This document shows positions 18,801 to 27,399 of a stretch of DNA of 64,000 nucleotides, piece by piece. Under the pieces are notes generated by a model. It was not told the origin of the DNA. It saw only the letters and a program-made list of their open reading frames with translations, and did no database searches. This DNA comes from an uncultured Alphaproteobacteria bacterium (lineage in GTDB: Bacteria > Pseudomonadota > Alphaproteobacteria > RF32 > CAG-239). The position numbers and the translations under genes were made by a program. Location of the stretch: NCBI GenBank assembly GCA_944391725.1, contig CALXUQ010000002.1, positions 3,590 through 67,589 on the forward strand. The letters are read 5' to 3'. How positions within the stretch are numbered: position 1 is the first letter of the stretch; each line of letters opens with the position of its first letter.

Positions 18801-18910
18801 AAATGTTAATTCCACAGCCGGTGCCACAACAAGATGAAATTGGTGAAAATGTGCTGTTTGAGCGCAATGATTCTGCACTGCCTGAACCTGATGAAACAAT
18901 ACAAAACTAA
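15848..18910 (+). CDS. large polytopic membrane protein (~5 N-terminal TM helices, a ~450-aa soluble domain, and a ~350-aa acidic E/K/Q/P-rich low-complexity tail)
   Basis: The ORF is 1020 aa. The TM block spans residues ~50-200. The architecture resembles EptA/LtaS-type enzymes (TM plus periplasmic domain), but no sulfatase catalytic motif was recognised. Confidence 0.55.
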   Translation: MEDIIIEERPATPVSTKEPAKTTETKVKIKVKKQGPGVLSYLADWFNKSLIVFLLAAINLVLFLSVGNLNAFRGAPWELVPEVSYVVLGLFVLSWLLMFAASLARFIQNLVAAALVGFWFVVLVNQFALFDADSFLYNLAVSWFGEAAAVPFANYSQWIAAALIFLVSWVFFTFAAHRKQFYLVVILAAIALISGAKLYNQRNNMSDFEEVYADKVITNNKQGNNFVFIAVPNLPSYRYLESISPKYKIANKALKAMLGLYTRNGFVLFPNAYTLGQNEAENLAQSLNLSIDKDLLSRPAKYAENWDFDSLAAKRTELKSSQMLATFEKNGYVRKVFEDNSVELCFVDAKPVANACYRRKMVPMALEAEKFSLRQRIMLLVGQWLGSMDMFTLNRPLYNVLKSFNVADVPFIGQDYAEQKALGSVETLDKVAEDIAQGKGNRAYVVWMNLPGQGFVYDEFCQLKPVDKWIVKGGTEKDEDKQINAYFEQTACLFGKLNDFMRQLKENKVDKNTVVILQGVSGLEIAGLKPADKFEAENMVTMAVRDPKHTKFTLDNRFCSAPKIVRQYLFKKDECREQEGLNLDENVKNEIVENIKKQNVISNNSLNTLTDANEWFRNWLRANYPDMVIPIEMPVIEEKEVADSKLQNPQQAKEQLVKQETKTIAEAAKEEAEKVKAIKLRTDETSAPVVSEDNKSVSDENALSQPQNLLENAGIKKVPAPQEKSLATGKTANDMTDKSDTENQLDNTTEPQVQTEPEEKTVKGDELETSNGAEVQNKPENADVEMQKSTETQAQIKEASQPNNLVIGEGQKPLDQQNDKSAEENQQAETESKSAVVNQEPEVSEPNRVEVSQKPEENTQNIVGSEVAPKEANTITNDKPANVESKTAPAEEIATDEKVVIIPQGDDKSDKIIIKIGTEEGNLPQEQETTPAAKLENLTAEIIAKADETKDKVQNEIADLSEIKAPQVPLKPENFVPEIQRPKPEMLIPQPVPQQDEIGENVLFERNDSALPEPDETIQN

Positions 18911-18922
18911 AGGAAACTGAAA

Positions 18923-19966
18923 TTGTTTCAAAAATGGCTGAAAAGACATATTTCTCCTTTGAACCGGCGGCGAATGGCAGTTTTTGCGGCGAACCGGCGG
19001 GCAGTGGTGTCTTTGGGGATTTTCCTTGTGGTGTTTATTATAAGCTTATTTGCGGAAGTGTGGGCCAATGATAAGCCGCTAATGTTAGCTTATAAAGGGG
19101 ATTTGTATTTTCCGCTATTTAATACATACACCGATGCGGATTTTGGCGGAGACTTCCCGACCCCGGCTGATTATAAAGACAAGCTGATTATTGAAAATAT
19201 TGAAAAAGACGGTTGGGCAATTTGGCCGCCAATCCGCTTTTCTTTTAATACGGTGGACTATGATTTGAACAGTCCAACGCCGTCGGCACCGTCAGCTCGT
19301 CACTGGTTGGGGACAGATGATGAAGGTCGCGATATTTTGGTGAGAATTGTCTATGGTTTGCGCCTCTCAATCGTATTTGCCTTTTTGCTGACGGCTATAT
19401 CTTCCATTATCGGGATTTTTGCCGGAGCAATTCAGGGATATTTTGGCGGCAAGTTAGACATTTTTATGCAGAGGTTTATGGAAATTTGGGAATCTTTGCC
19501 ACAGTTGTTTGTGCTTATCATTATTGCCAGTATTTTTACACCAACATTCTGGACACTCTTGTTAATTCTAATTTTATTCTCGTGGGTGAATTTGACCGGT
19601 GTGGTGAGGGCGGAATTTTTACGGGCGAGAAACCTAGAATTTGTATTGGCGGCAAAGGCGTTGGGGGTTAGCAATGCACGGATTATGTTTCGGCATATCT
19701 TACCTAATGCGGTGATTGCGACTATAACTTTTGTGCCGTTTATTCTCTCAGAGGCGATTGTGTCGCTGACAGCTTTGGACTTCTTGGGTTTTGGATTGCC
19801 TTATGAATATCCGTCGCTCGGGGATTTGGTGCGGCAGGGCAAGGACAATTTGCAAGCTCCGTGGATTGGGCTGAGTATTTTTGTAGTATTAGCCACGTTA
19901 CTGACTTTGCTGATTTTTATTGGGGAAGGGGTGCGTGATGCCTTTGATGCGAGGAAAAATAAATAA
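18923..19966 (+). CDS. yejE: ABC transporter permease, YejE-like (oligopeptide/microcin C family)
   Basis: The N-terminal periplasmic loop WANDKPLMLAYKGDLYFPLF...DFGGDFPTPADYKD is typical of YejE. Six TM segments follow. Confidence 0.75.
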   Translation: MFQKWLKRHISPLNRRRMAVFAANRRAVVSLGIFLVVFIISLFAEVWANDKPLMLAYKGDLYFPLFNTYTDADFGGDFPTPADYKDKLIIENIEKDGWAIWPPIRFSFNTVDYDLNSPTPSAPSARHWLGTDDEGRDILVRIVYGLRLSIVFAFLLTAISSIIGIFAGAIQGYFGGKLDIFMQRFMEIWESLPQLFVLIIIASIFTPTFWTLLLILILFSWVNLTGVVRAEFLRARNLEFVLAAKALGVSNARIMFRHILPNAVIATITFVPFILSEAIVSLTALDFLGFGLPYEYPSLGDLVRQGKDNLQAPWIGLSIFVVLATLLTLLIFIGEGVRDAFDARKNK

Positions 19967-21549
19967 TGGCGCTGCTCGAAGTTAAAAATCTTTCGGTTTT
20001 TTTTAGGAATAGCAATGGTTTGGCCTCGCAAGCGGTGAAAGATGTGTCTTTTGAGGTCGAAAAAGGCGAAATTTTGGGCATTGTGGGAGAATCTGGTTCA
20101 GGAAAATCGGTTACTGCATTGTCTTTGCTTGGTTTATTGCCTTATCCAAAAGCATTTCACAGCTCAAATTCGTCAATTAGATTTGAGGGGCGGGAGCTGA
20201 TTGGCGACAAAAAAATTCAGCAAATTCGCGGCAATAAAATCGCATTTATATTTCAGGAGCCAATGTCATCGCTTAACCCGTTGCATCGCGTGGGAAAACA
20301 AATCAGCGAGGCTCTGACTTTGCACCGTGGATTTAGTTCTAAAGAAGCTAAAAAAGAAGTGTTGCGCTTATTAAAAATGACCGGTATTAAAAATGCGCGG
20401 CAAAAAATGAATGCTTTTCCGTTTGAACTGTCGGGTGGACAACGCCAAAGAGTGATGATTGCTATGGCGATGGCTAACAATCCCGATATTTTGGTGGCAG
20501 ACGAGCCGACAACGGCTCTGGATGTGACGGTGCAAAAGCAGATTGTGGATTTGCTCTTGAAACTGCGTGAAAATACCGGTATGTCAATCATTTTCATTAG
20601 TCATGATTTGCGGTTGGTTCGAAAAATTGCTAATCGGGTGATGGTAATGAAAAATGGGCAGGTTGTGGAGCAAGGCGAGGTGGAACAGGTATTTAATGAG
20701 CCTCAGCATGAGTATACCAGAAGTTTAATATCTTCTTTTTACACTTTGAAAAATAATAATAAAATCAGTAAAGAAATTGTGATGACGGCCAATGACGTGA
20801 CGGTCGAATTTGACCTCAAGAAAAACTTTTGGGGTAAAAGTTTGGACAAATTAAAAGCGGTTAATCAGGTTTCTTTAGTGCTTTATCGTAATGAAACCTT
20901 AGGGATTGTGGGAGAATCCGGCTCGGGGAAAACCACCTTGGGCTTGGCAATTGCAAATCTTATCAAGCATGATGGGTTTGTTAGTTTTGAAAATATTGAA
21001 GAAAAACAAAATATTATTCAATCAAGTAAAAGTTTCCGGAAGTTGGTGCAGATTGTCTTCCAGGACCCGTATAATTCACTTAATCCACGGATGTCGGTGG
21101 AGGAAATTGTCGGTGAAGGGCTGGAAGTGCATTTTCCGGAGCTATCTAAGGCAGAAAAAAGGCGCTGGATTATTCGGGTATTGCGTGAAGTGGGGTTGTC
21201 TGATGACGTGCTCAACAAATATCCGCACGAATTTTCAGGCGGACAGCGGCAGAGAATTGCAATTGCTCGGGCATTAATTCTCAAACCGAAAATTTTGATT
21301 TTAGATGAACCGACATCGGCTTTAGATGCGACAATACAAAAACAAGTTTTGCAGCTGCTAAATCAGATTCAGGAACAGCGAGAAATTTCTTATATTTTTA
21401 TATCGCATGATATGGCTGCCATTCGTGCGGTTGCAGATAGAATTGGTGTGATGAAAGATGGTCAGCTGGTGGAAATTGGTCCGAGCGATGAAATTTTACG
21501 GCGACCTCGGCATGAGTATACACGAGAATTGATATCCGCGGCGTTGTGA
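19966..21549 (+). CDS. yejF: ABC transporter ATP-binding protein with duplicated ATPase domains, YejF-like
   Basis: There are two Walker A motifs (GESGSGKS, GESGSGKT), two LSGGQRQR signatures and two Walker B motifs. The ATG overlaps the yejE stop. Confidence 0.85.
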   Translation: MALLEVKNLSVFFRNSNGLASQAVKDVSFEVEKGEILGIVGESGSGKSVTALSLLGLLPYPKAFHSSNSSIRFEGRELIGDKKIQQIRGNKIAFIFQEPMSSLNPLHRVGKQISEALTLHRGFSSKEAKKEVLRLLKMTGIKNARQKMNAFPFELSGGQRQRVMIAMAMANNPDILVADEPTTALDVTVQKQIVDLLLKLRENTGMSIIFISHDLRLVRKIANRVMVMKNGQVVEQGEVEQVFNEPQHEYTRSLISSFYTLKNNNKISKEIVMTANDVTVEFDLKKNFWGKSLDKLKAVNQVSLVLYRNETLGIVGESGSGKTTLGLAIANLIKHDGFVSFENIEEKQNIIQSSKSFRKLVQIVFQDPYNSLNPRMSVEEIVGEGLEVHFPELSKAEKRRWIIRVLREVGLSDDVLNKYPHEFSGGQRQRIAIARALILKPKILILDEPTSALDATIQKQVLQLLNQIQEQREISYIFISHDMAAIRAVADRIGVMKDGQLVEIGPSDEILRRPRHEYTRELISAAL

Positions 21550-21715
21550 GCGTTCAAAATTGTTTTGATACGGCGATGTGTAATTGCTGTTGTCAAGTAG
21601 CTTTTGTTGCGTATCTCATAATCTTACTATACATAATATATATTATGCGACAAAATGATGTAGGGTAAATAGGAGTCCCCTCATGTATATATGTGCAAAA
21701 ACAATAGCTTAATCT

Positions 21716-21900
21716 GTTTGTCAAAGGTTAACAATGTTTTGTGGACTACAGATATTAAAGAAGTTAAATTACTTCTCAAAAGTTAACGATATTCTGCGGA
21801 GCTACTGGTATTAAAAGAGTTAATTAAATTGTCAAAAGATAATGAGGTTTTATGGGACGGCAGTTATTAAAGAAGTCAAAGTATAGTGGTGCGTTACAGA
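21716..21900. repeat. imperfect tandem repeats (three ~56-bp units plus degenerate partial copies up to ~22110)
   Basis: The units TCAAAAGTTAAC/GATAAT...TTTT(G/A)TGG(G/A)C...CAG(A/T)TATTAAAGAAGT(T/C)AAA start at ~21721, ~21777 and ~21833. GGTGTTTTATGGG and GGTGTTTTATCGG recur at 21914 and 22092. Confidence 0.6.
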
Positions 21901-22124
21901 GCTTTTAGCTAATGGTGTTTTATGGGCTTGTCCCTAAATAAACATATCTCAACTTTGCGTATTTGCGTACAAGTTATCAAGGCGGTAAATCTGTGTGATA
22001 TCTACTCGTTATTTTTATTCGGAAGATTAACCTTGTGCCTATTGAGTGGATTGGCCCGTTATGCCGTTCTAAAGTGCGCATAGAACAATATGGTGTTTTA
22101 TCGGAGAGATTTAATCGCTGCAGT

Positions 22125-23294
22125 CTAAAGCTTGGTCCCTTCTCTGCTCGCGCTGACTTCTTGGCCGTTGATAATTGTTTTATCTAGGCTAAAATCCGAA
22201 TTGAGAATGATGAAATCGGCACAATAGCCAAGCTCAATCTTTCCGGTATTGTTTAGATTTAAGTACTTAGCGATGTTGCATGAGGTGGCCATAATCGCGC
22301 GTTCGAGCGAAATTTTCCAGTGGATGAGATTTTGGAAGCCGTCAAGCATGGAGATGTTGGAGCCGACTAAGGTATGGTCCTCTGCTCTATAGATGTAATC
22401 GTCGGCGCGGTACTCAATATTGTTTTCGCTAAATTTATTAATGCCGGTTTTGCTGTATTTTTGCGCATCGGTCACAATCATTATTTTATCATCTGGTTTG
22501 CATTTGAAGAGTATTTTCACGACGGGTGGCACAACATGATAGCCATCGGCAATCAGCTCGCAGGAAATATCATCATTTTCAAGAGTATAGCCAATGATTC
22601 CAGGATAACGGTGGTGCAGTCCGCTGACGGCATTAAAGGTATGGGTGATATGCTTGAGCCCTAACCTCGCGGCTTGCGCCATTTGCTCGTAGGTGGCGGC
22701 AGAATGTCCGGTTTGGAGTTTGATATCTTTATCCTTACAAAAAGCAACCAGTTCTTCTAGCTTATCTAATTCCGGAGCAACGGTCATGGTGAGGATTTGT
22801 CCTTGAGATGCTTCCCATAATTTTTTCATCAAATTCAAATTGATAGGGGTAATTCCGGCGGCTGACTGCCCTCCTCTCTTTTCTAGGGACAAAAACGGTC
22901 CTTCAAGGTGAATGCCCAAAATTTTGGCGCCGCTTTCTTTGCTCTTTGCGTTGACAATTGCTTGAATATCCCCAATAATTTCTTCATCTTGAGAGCTTGA
23001 ACGCGAGATGGTGGGAATAAATGAGGTTACGCCATAAGAGGCCAGCTTTTGTGAAGCTTCTAAAACATCCTGACTAGACTGATTTTGAAAACTATAGCCG
23101 CCAATGCCGTGGATATGAGAATCTATAAATCCGGGAATCAAATATTTACCGGCTAAATCTGTTTTGTTATCAATATGCTGAAACTTGGTTGCATCAGCTT
23201 CAATGGCCGTAATATTGCCATCTTCTACCAGCAGAGCTCCGAATTGGAGCCGGTTTTGATAAAAAATGTTGGCGTTATAATATAATTGTTTCAT
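22125..23294 (-). CDS. nagA: N-acetylglucosamine-6-phosphate deacetylase
   Basis: FIDSHIHG, LEGPFLS, HSAAT and HTFNAV are metal-dependent amidohydrolase motifs of NagA. Confidence 0.8.
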   Translation of the reverse strand: MKQLYYNANIFYQNRLQFGALLVEDGNITAIEADATKFQHIDNKTDLAGKYLIPGFIDSHIHGIGGYSFQNQSSQDVLEASQKLASYGVTSFIPTISRSSSQDEEIIGDIQAIVNAKSKESGAKILGIHLEGPFLSLEKRGGQSAAGITPINLNLMKKLWEASQGQILTMTVAPELDKLEELVAFCKDKDIKLQTGHSAATYEQMAQAARLGLKHITHTFNAVSGLHHRYPGIIGYTLENDDISCELIADGYHVVPPVVKILFKCKPDDKIMIVTDAQKYSKTGINKFSENNIEYRADDYIYRAEDHTLVGSNISMLDGFQNLIHWKISLERAIMATSCNIAKYLNLNNTGKIELGYCADFIILNSDFSLDKTIINGQEVSASREGTKL

Positions 23295-23926
23295 TTCTTT
23301 TCGTCGGCAGTAGATGTTTTTTCTTTTGCAATATTTGCTTGACTTTGTTCAATAATCATTTGTTTTTTGCGGTTAAGAGTTTGTTTATCCCAACAATAGG
23401 CCCAATAAAAAATAAGTCCGCTAATAAGAAAAAATTTAGTTAATCCCCAAGGGATATACATGCAGACTATGGTGATGATGAAAGTATCTATAATCATCAT
23501 TATTCGCCAAAATTTTTGGCGTTTGATAAAGTCATATCCAATGCGGTATTCGCCAAAGTAAATGCTGAATAGGAAGATAATGAAACCACTGTATATGACG
23601 CCAATTGTTTGATAGTCATCAAGATGATATTTTTTCTGTCCGACGTAGTATGTAATAATCATTATAATGATGATGCTTATAAGCATTTTTATTGTTTGTT
23701 TGCTATTGTATATTTTCTCTTCTTGTTCGGGAGTTAGGATGTTAATTTCTTCCAGCGGAATTTTGCGGAAGGCTTGTTTCATCATTACCGGTATGCTGAC
23801 GAATACAAATAGCAAAAAGCCAATTGCCGTAAAGATTAATGGAGCATGACTTGCTAAACAAGCAAAGAAATATACCGCTCCGATGTTGCCGAGTGCAACC
23901 CACCAGGTGCTTTGTTCGTTTTTCAT
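23291..23926 (-). CDS. hypothetical polytopic membrane protein
   Basis: It has 5-6 hydrophobic helices and overlaps the nagA start by 4 nt. No motif was recognised. Confidence 0.5.
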   Translation of the reverse strand: MKNEQSTWWVALGNIGAVYFFACLASHAPLIFTAIGFLLFVFVSIPVMMKQAFRKIPLEEINILTPEQEEKIYNSKQTIKMLISIIIIMIITYYVGQKKYHLDDYQTIGVIYSGFIIFLFSIYFGEYRIGYDFIKRQKFWRIMMIIDTFIITIVCMYIPWGLTKFFLISGLIFYWAYCWDKQTLNRKKQMIIEQSQANIAKEKTSTADEKK

Positions 23927-23938
23927 GATGGGCTGGTC

Positions 23939-24283
23939 TTATTGCTTGCCGATAATTAGCCGGATGTAGTTTAAGATATATACAATGTACACAAAGGCAG
24001 TGGCGCGAATGAGTATGCTCATCACCCCTAACCCACTCTTGTGCAACAGCAAAACTACAATGGCGGCAATTACGCCACAAGCTATATTAATCAGCCAATA
24101 GTGTTGGTTATTAATAAAGATAAAAGCGCAGGCAGCGGCAGAAATTGCTATCCAGGGGTTGAAGGCGGCGTGAAAAGCACCATGTGCAAAGTGCTTGATG
24201 CTCCCAACCGGAACCAAATATCCAACCAATACAACGGCCAATGTGATAAGTAATATGCTGAAATAGGCTGTGCTTTTTTTCAT
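23939..24283 (-). CDS. hypothetical small membrane protein (3-4 TM)
   Basis: It is hydrophobic throughout and codirectional with its neighbours. Confidence 0.45.
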   Translation of the reverse strand: MKKSTAYFSILLITLAVVLVGYLVPVGSIKHFAHGAFHAAFNPWIAISAAACAFIFINNQHYWLINIACGVIAAIVVLLLHKSGLGVMSILIRATAFVYIVYILNYIRLIIGKQ

Positions 24284-24301
24284 CTTCTCGTCCTTTCTTT
24301 T

Positions 24302-24790
24302 TTATAATGCGACAACTAAAATTACTGTGATGATGGCGCCGCCAATAACCCAAGGCCAGAATGAACTCGTGGTGTTGCCTCCGGTCTTGGCATAAAAGGC
24401 ATTTTGCTCATATTTGAAAAATTCGGGAATGCGTGAGGAGCTCATGAAATCTTCATAATGATCCCGTGGGATGGTTCCGGTGCAATAAGTCTGCGGAGCA
24501 GCTCCGGCTGCCCGAAAAGAATTGTAAGCCCGATAGTCCCAACGGCGGATTGCCATACACAGTCCGGTGTCTCCATCCTCGTTAACCGCATTAATGTCCA
24601 TACCGCGATATACGGCATCTTTCAAAATGCCAATCTTGCCTTGTGAGGCGGCGGCGTACATATCGTTAAACGAGGCCGGTCTCAAACCTTGAGCTTGGCA
24701 GAGCATCGGGAATATAACTCCGCTGACTATAACCAGAATCTTTATTATGTTTTGCATTATAGGTTCCTTGCTAATTGCTTCTTGTGCCAA
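24302..24790 (-). CDS. hypothetical exported protein with a single ankyrin-like repeat and C-terminal TM anchor
   Basis: There is a signal-like N-terminus (IIKILVIVSGVIFPMLCQA), the ANK consensus INAVNEDGDTGLCMAI...AGA, and a C-terminal WPWVIGGAIITVILVVAL. The true start is probably an internal Met near 24757. Confidence 0.5.
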   Translation of the reverse strand: MAQEAISKEPIMQNIIKILVIVSGVIFPMLCQAQGLRPASFNDMYAAASQGKIGILKDAVYRGMDINAVNEDGDTGLCMAIRRWDYRAYNSFRAAGAAPQTYCTGTIPRDHYEDFMSSSRIPEFFKYEQNAFYAKTGGNTTSSFWPWVIGGAIITVILVVAL

Positions 24791-24905
24791 TTATTATACA
24801 GTTTATCTTATCTCGTCAACTTTATCCCGCCCCTGTGGATTGTTTGAGATAAAAAAAACTCCCGAATTGCTTCGGGAGTTCAGTTAGAGGGACGGTGTGT
24901 TAATT

Positions 24906-25463
24906 TTAGAAAGTATATCTGATACCTGCGGTGACTTCTTTCAAGTCTTTCAGGGCTTTAGCACCAAGATAGGTGTAACGACCCATGATACGAGCACCCC
25001 AGTGTTCATCAAAGTTATACTGAGCACCAAGACCTACACGGTAGCCCATTCTATCTTTATCGATTTTGCCGCGTTCAACACCGTTGAATTTGGTTTCCAT
25101 ATTGTAGTTGGCAATACCGATAGAACCTAACAAATCAAACTTTTCATTGCATTCGGGAACCGGCATATAGCCATACAAATCAATACCATAAGCATGGAAT
25201 TTGGATTTGGTGTTTTGGGTGGCACTGATGTCTTTTTTCTCTTCCATAGATTGTTGGAAAAATGCCTCCAAACCCATGTAGTCGCCTACTTTCATACCGG
25301 CATTGATGGCGCCTGAATTGTAGTTTTTCTTGAAGTCATAGTCTTTTTTGACATTGGCGTGACTGTAGACATAATCTAAACCGACATAAGGCTTAATTTC
25401 TTCTGCATTTGCGCCAAATGAAAACAGGCAAGCAACTCCTGCTAACAATAATGTTTTTTTCAT
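24906..25463 (-). CDS. small outer-membrane beta-barrel protein (OmpW/OmpX-like)
   Basis: A signal peptide (MKKTLLLAGVACLFSFGANA) and alternating hydrophobic beta-strands are present, with an aromatic C-terminal residue (...GIRYTF). Confidence 0.65.
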   Translation of the reverse strand: MKKTLLLAGVACLFSFGANAEEIKPYVGLDYVYSHANVKKDYDFKKNYNSGAINAGMKVGDYMGLEAFFQQSMEEKKDISATQNTKSKFHAYGIDLYGYMPVPECNEKFDLLGSIGIANYNMETKFNGVERGKIDKDRMGYRVGLGAQYNFDEHWGARIMGRYTYLGAKALKDLKEVTAGIRYTF

Positions 25464-25703
25464 TTTTTAAACTCCATTTAAATAGGTTTAATCTTATTTA
25501 ATATGCCCTGACGGGCTTCCCTAGTCCGAACAATGAAAAGCGGTAAAAATTATATTGGGCTTGGGGGCTTCCCCTAAAAGACTCAATATTATTTTGCCCA
25601 TGTTTCTCATTGGTTGAACTTGATTTAATACTGGAAAAACGGATTTAAAGGGTGTTTATTATTTTTTTTATGATAAAGTAATAAAAAACGGAGGTTGATG
25701 AGA

Positions 25704-26339
25704 ATGTCTTTTGTGTGTCCTGATAAAAAATGCAATAAATGCAAGCGCTTACTCGAATTTAGAAAAGAAAACGAAAAAAAATTCCCGACTTATTATAACG
25801 GTCCGGTGCCTTCTTTTGGAGATATTAATGCGAAAATCCTTATCTTGGGACTGGCTCCGGGGCTAAATGGGGCCAATCAGACGGCCAGACCGTTTACCAA
25901 TGATTATGCCGGTGATGTCCTCTACCCTATCTTGAAAAAATATGGTTTTGCCAAAGGAAATTATCAAAAACGTAAAGATGACGGTTTTGAACTTATTGAT
26001 GTGAGAGTGACCAATTCGGTGCGTTGTGTGCCGCCGCAAAATAAGGTTACCGGTGAGGAAGTGAAAAACTGCGGCACTTATCTGATTGATGAACTTAATA
26101 ATATGCCTAACCTCAAAGTAGTGTTGACTTTGGGCAGTGTGGCTCACAATGCACTTTTGGGGGTGCTCGGATATAAAAAATCGGCTTTCAAATTTGCGCA
26201 TGGGGCTCTGCACCGTTTAGACAAGCATAATCTATTAATGTTAAACTCTTATCATACGTCAAGGTATAACATTAATACAGGCGTATTAACCTTTGAAATG
26301 TTTGAAAAAATTGTCGAAAAGCTCCGCAGCCTGTGCTGA
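25704..26339 (+). CDS. uracil-DNA glycosylase, family 4/5 type
   Basis: It has the CxxC...C cluster near the N-terminus (FVCPDKKCNKCK), the GLAPG...RPFTND.AGDVL core and HTSRYN near the C-terminus. A GGAGG RBS lies 9 nt before the ATG at 25704. Confidence 0.7.
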   Translation: MSFVCPDKKCNKCKRLLEFRKENEKKFPTYYNGPVPSFGDINAKILILGLAPGLNGANQTARPFTNDYAGDVLYPILKKYGFAKGNYQKRKDDGFELIDVRVTNSVRCVPPQNKVTGEEVKNCGTYLIDELNNMPNLKVVLTLGSVAHNALLGVLGYKKSAFKFAHGALHRLDKHNLLMLNSYHTSRYNINTGVLTFEMFEKIVEKLRSLC

Positions 26340-26430
26340 AATTTTTCTTGACTCACTTGGCGCATTGGTATATTGATATGCTAATTCGTTATTATAAATC
26401 AATTATTGTTTAATCTAAAATTATACTCAA

Positions 26431-26763
26431 ATGAAAAAAATTATTGTTAATGTGTATCATGTTTTATTAAAAAACGGTGGTACGACATCTTTATCTCTTA
26501 GTGTAGATAATGTGATTGCTTTTGGCGTATTTGATATGGAAGAAACTGCCGCGGTGGTGGAAGAAGAATATGCCGTCTTTGAAGATAATACTCATCAAAA
26601 AGTGCCTAAACCTCCTATCTATTATTCTTTGGTCGATTTGGAAACTTTGCAAAACATGGCAAAACAAAAAATATCTGATGAATGCTTTGTGGAAGTGAAT
26701 AATGATTTGTTGTGCCAATGGTGGGTAAAACTGAGCTCTTTTCCGATGTTGAGCAAAACGTAA
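26431..26763 (+). CDS. hypothetical protein (110 aa)
   Basis: The ORF has its own terminator (26781-26811). No motif was recognised. Confidence 0.4.
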   Translation: MKKIIVNVYHVLLKNGGTTSLSLSVDNVIAFGVFDMEETAAVVEEEYAVFEDNTHQKVPKPPIYYSLVDLETLQNMAKQKISDECFVEVNNDLLCQWWVKLSSFPMLSKT

Positions 26764-26780
26764 GTATTTTAGCAAAATAA

Positions 26781-26811
26781 AAAAGCAGGAGAATGTCTCC
26801 TGCTTTTTTAT
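26781..26811. terminator. bidirectional terminator (AAAAAGCAGGAGAatgtCTCCTGCTTTTTT)
   Basis: A perfect 9-bp stem is flanked by A and T runs between convergent genes. Confidence 0.7.
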
Positions 26812-26823
26812 TCATGCTCTACT

Positions 26824-27399
26824 TTAATGTCCGATACCGGTAAAGCCCATGAAAGCCATAGATAAGAGACCGGCCGTAATCAAAGCTATCGGGGCACCTT
26901 TGACGGCGTTGGGCAATGCAGCGTTATCCAAACGCTCTCTTAAGCCGGCAAACAAGATAATGGCTAAGGTGAACCCCATGGCATTGGCTAATGCAAAACA
27001 TACTGAGTTGATGAGGTTATAATCTTTTTGGGCGGCTAAGATGGCGATACCCAAAACCGCGCAATTGGTGGTGATGAGCGGTAAGAAAATTCCTAACGCC
27101 TGATATAAGTCCGGCGAAACCTTTTTTAATATAATTTCAACCATTTGCACCAACGAAGCGATGATTAAGATGAAGACTACCGTAATCATAAATTCTAACT
27201 GATTGGGAACAAGCAATAGGTGATATGCCAGATAGGTGGCAATGGTGGAAAGCGTCATCACAAACATAACCGCTACACCCATGCCAGCGGCAGTGCTCAT
27301 CTTTTTGGATACGCCCAAAAACGGACATATGCCTAAAAACTGTGACAATACAATGTTGTTAACAAAGATGGCGGCAATAAATATCATTAAGTAACTCAT
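26824..27399 (-). CDS. rnfA: Rnf electron transport complex subunit A
   Basis: The RnfA/NqrE-type sequence MSYLMIFIAAIFVNNIVLSQFLGICPFLGVSKK is present. Confidence 0.85.
   Translation of the reverse strand: MSYLMIFIAAIFVNNIVLSQFLGICPFLGVSKKMSTAAGMGVAVMFVMTLSTIATYLAYHLLLVPNQLEFMITVVFILIIASLVQMVEIILKKVSPDLYQALGIFLPLITTNCAVLGIAILAAQKDYNLINSVCFALANAMGFTLAIILFAGLRERLDNAALPNAVKGAPIALITAGLLSMAFMGFTGIGH

Noticed and set aside
21716-21900. CRISPR array.
   Set aside because: The units are contiguous and degenerate, with no alternation of identical repeats and unique spacers. There are no cas genes in the window.
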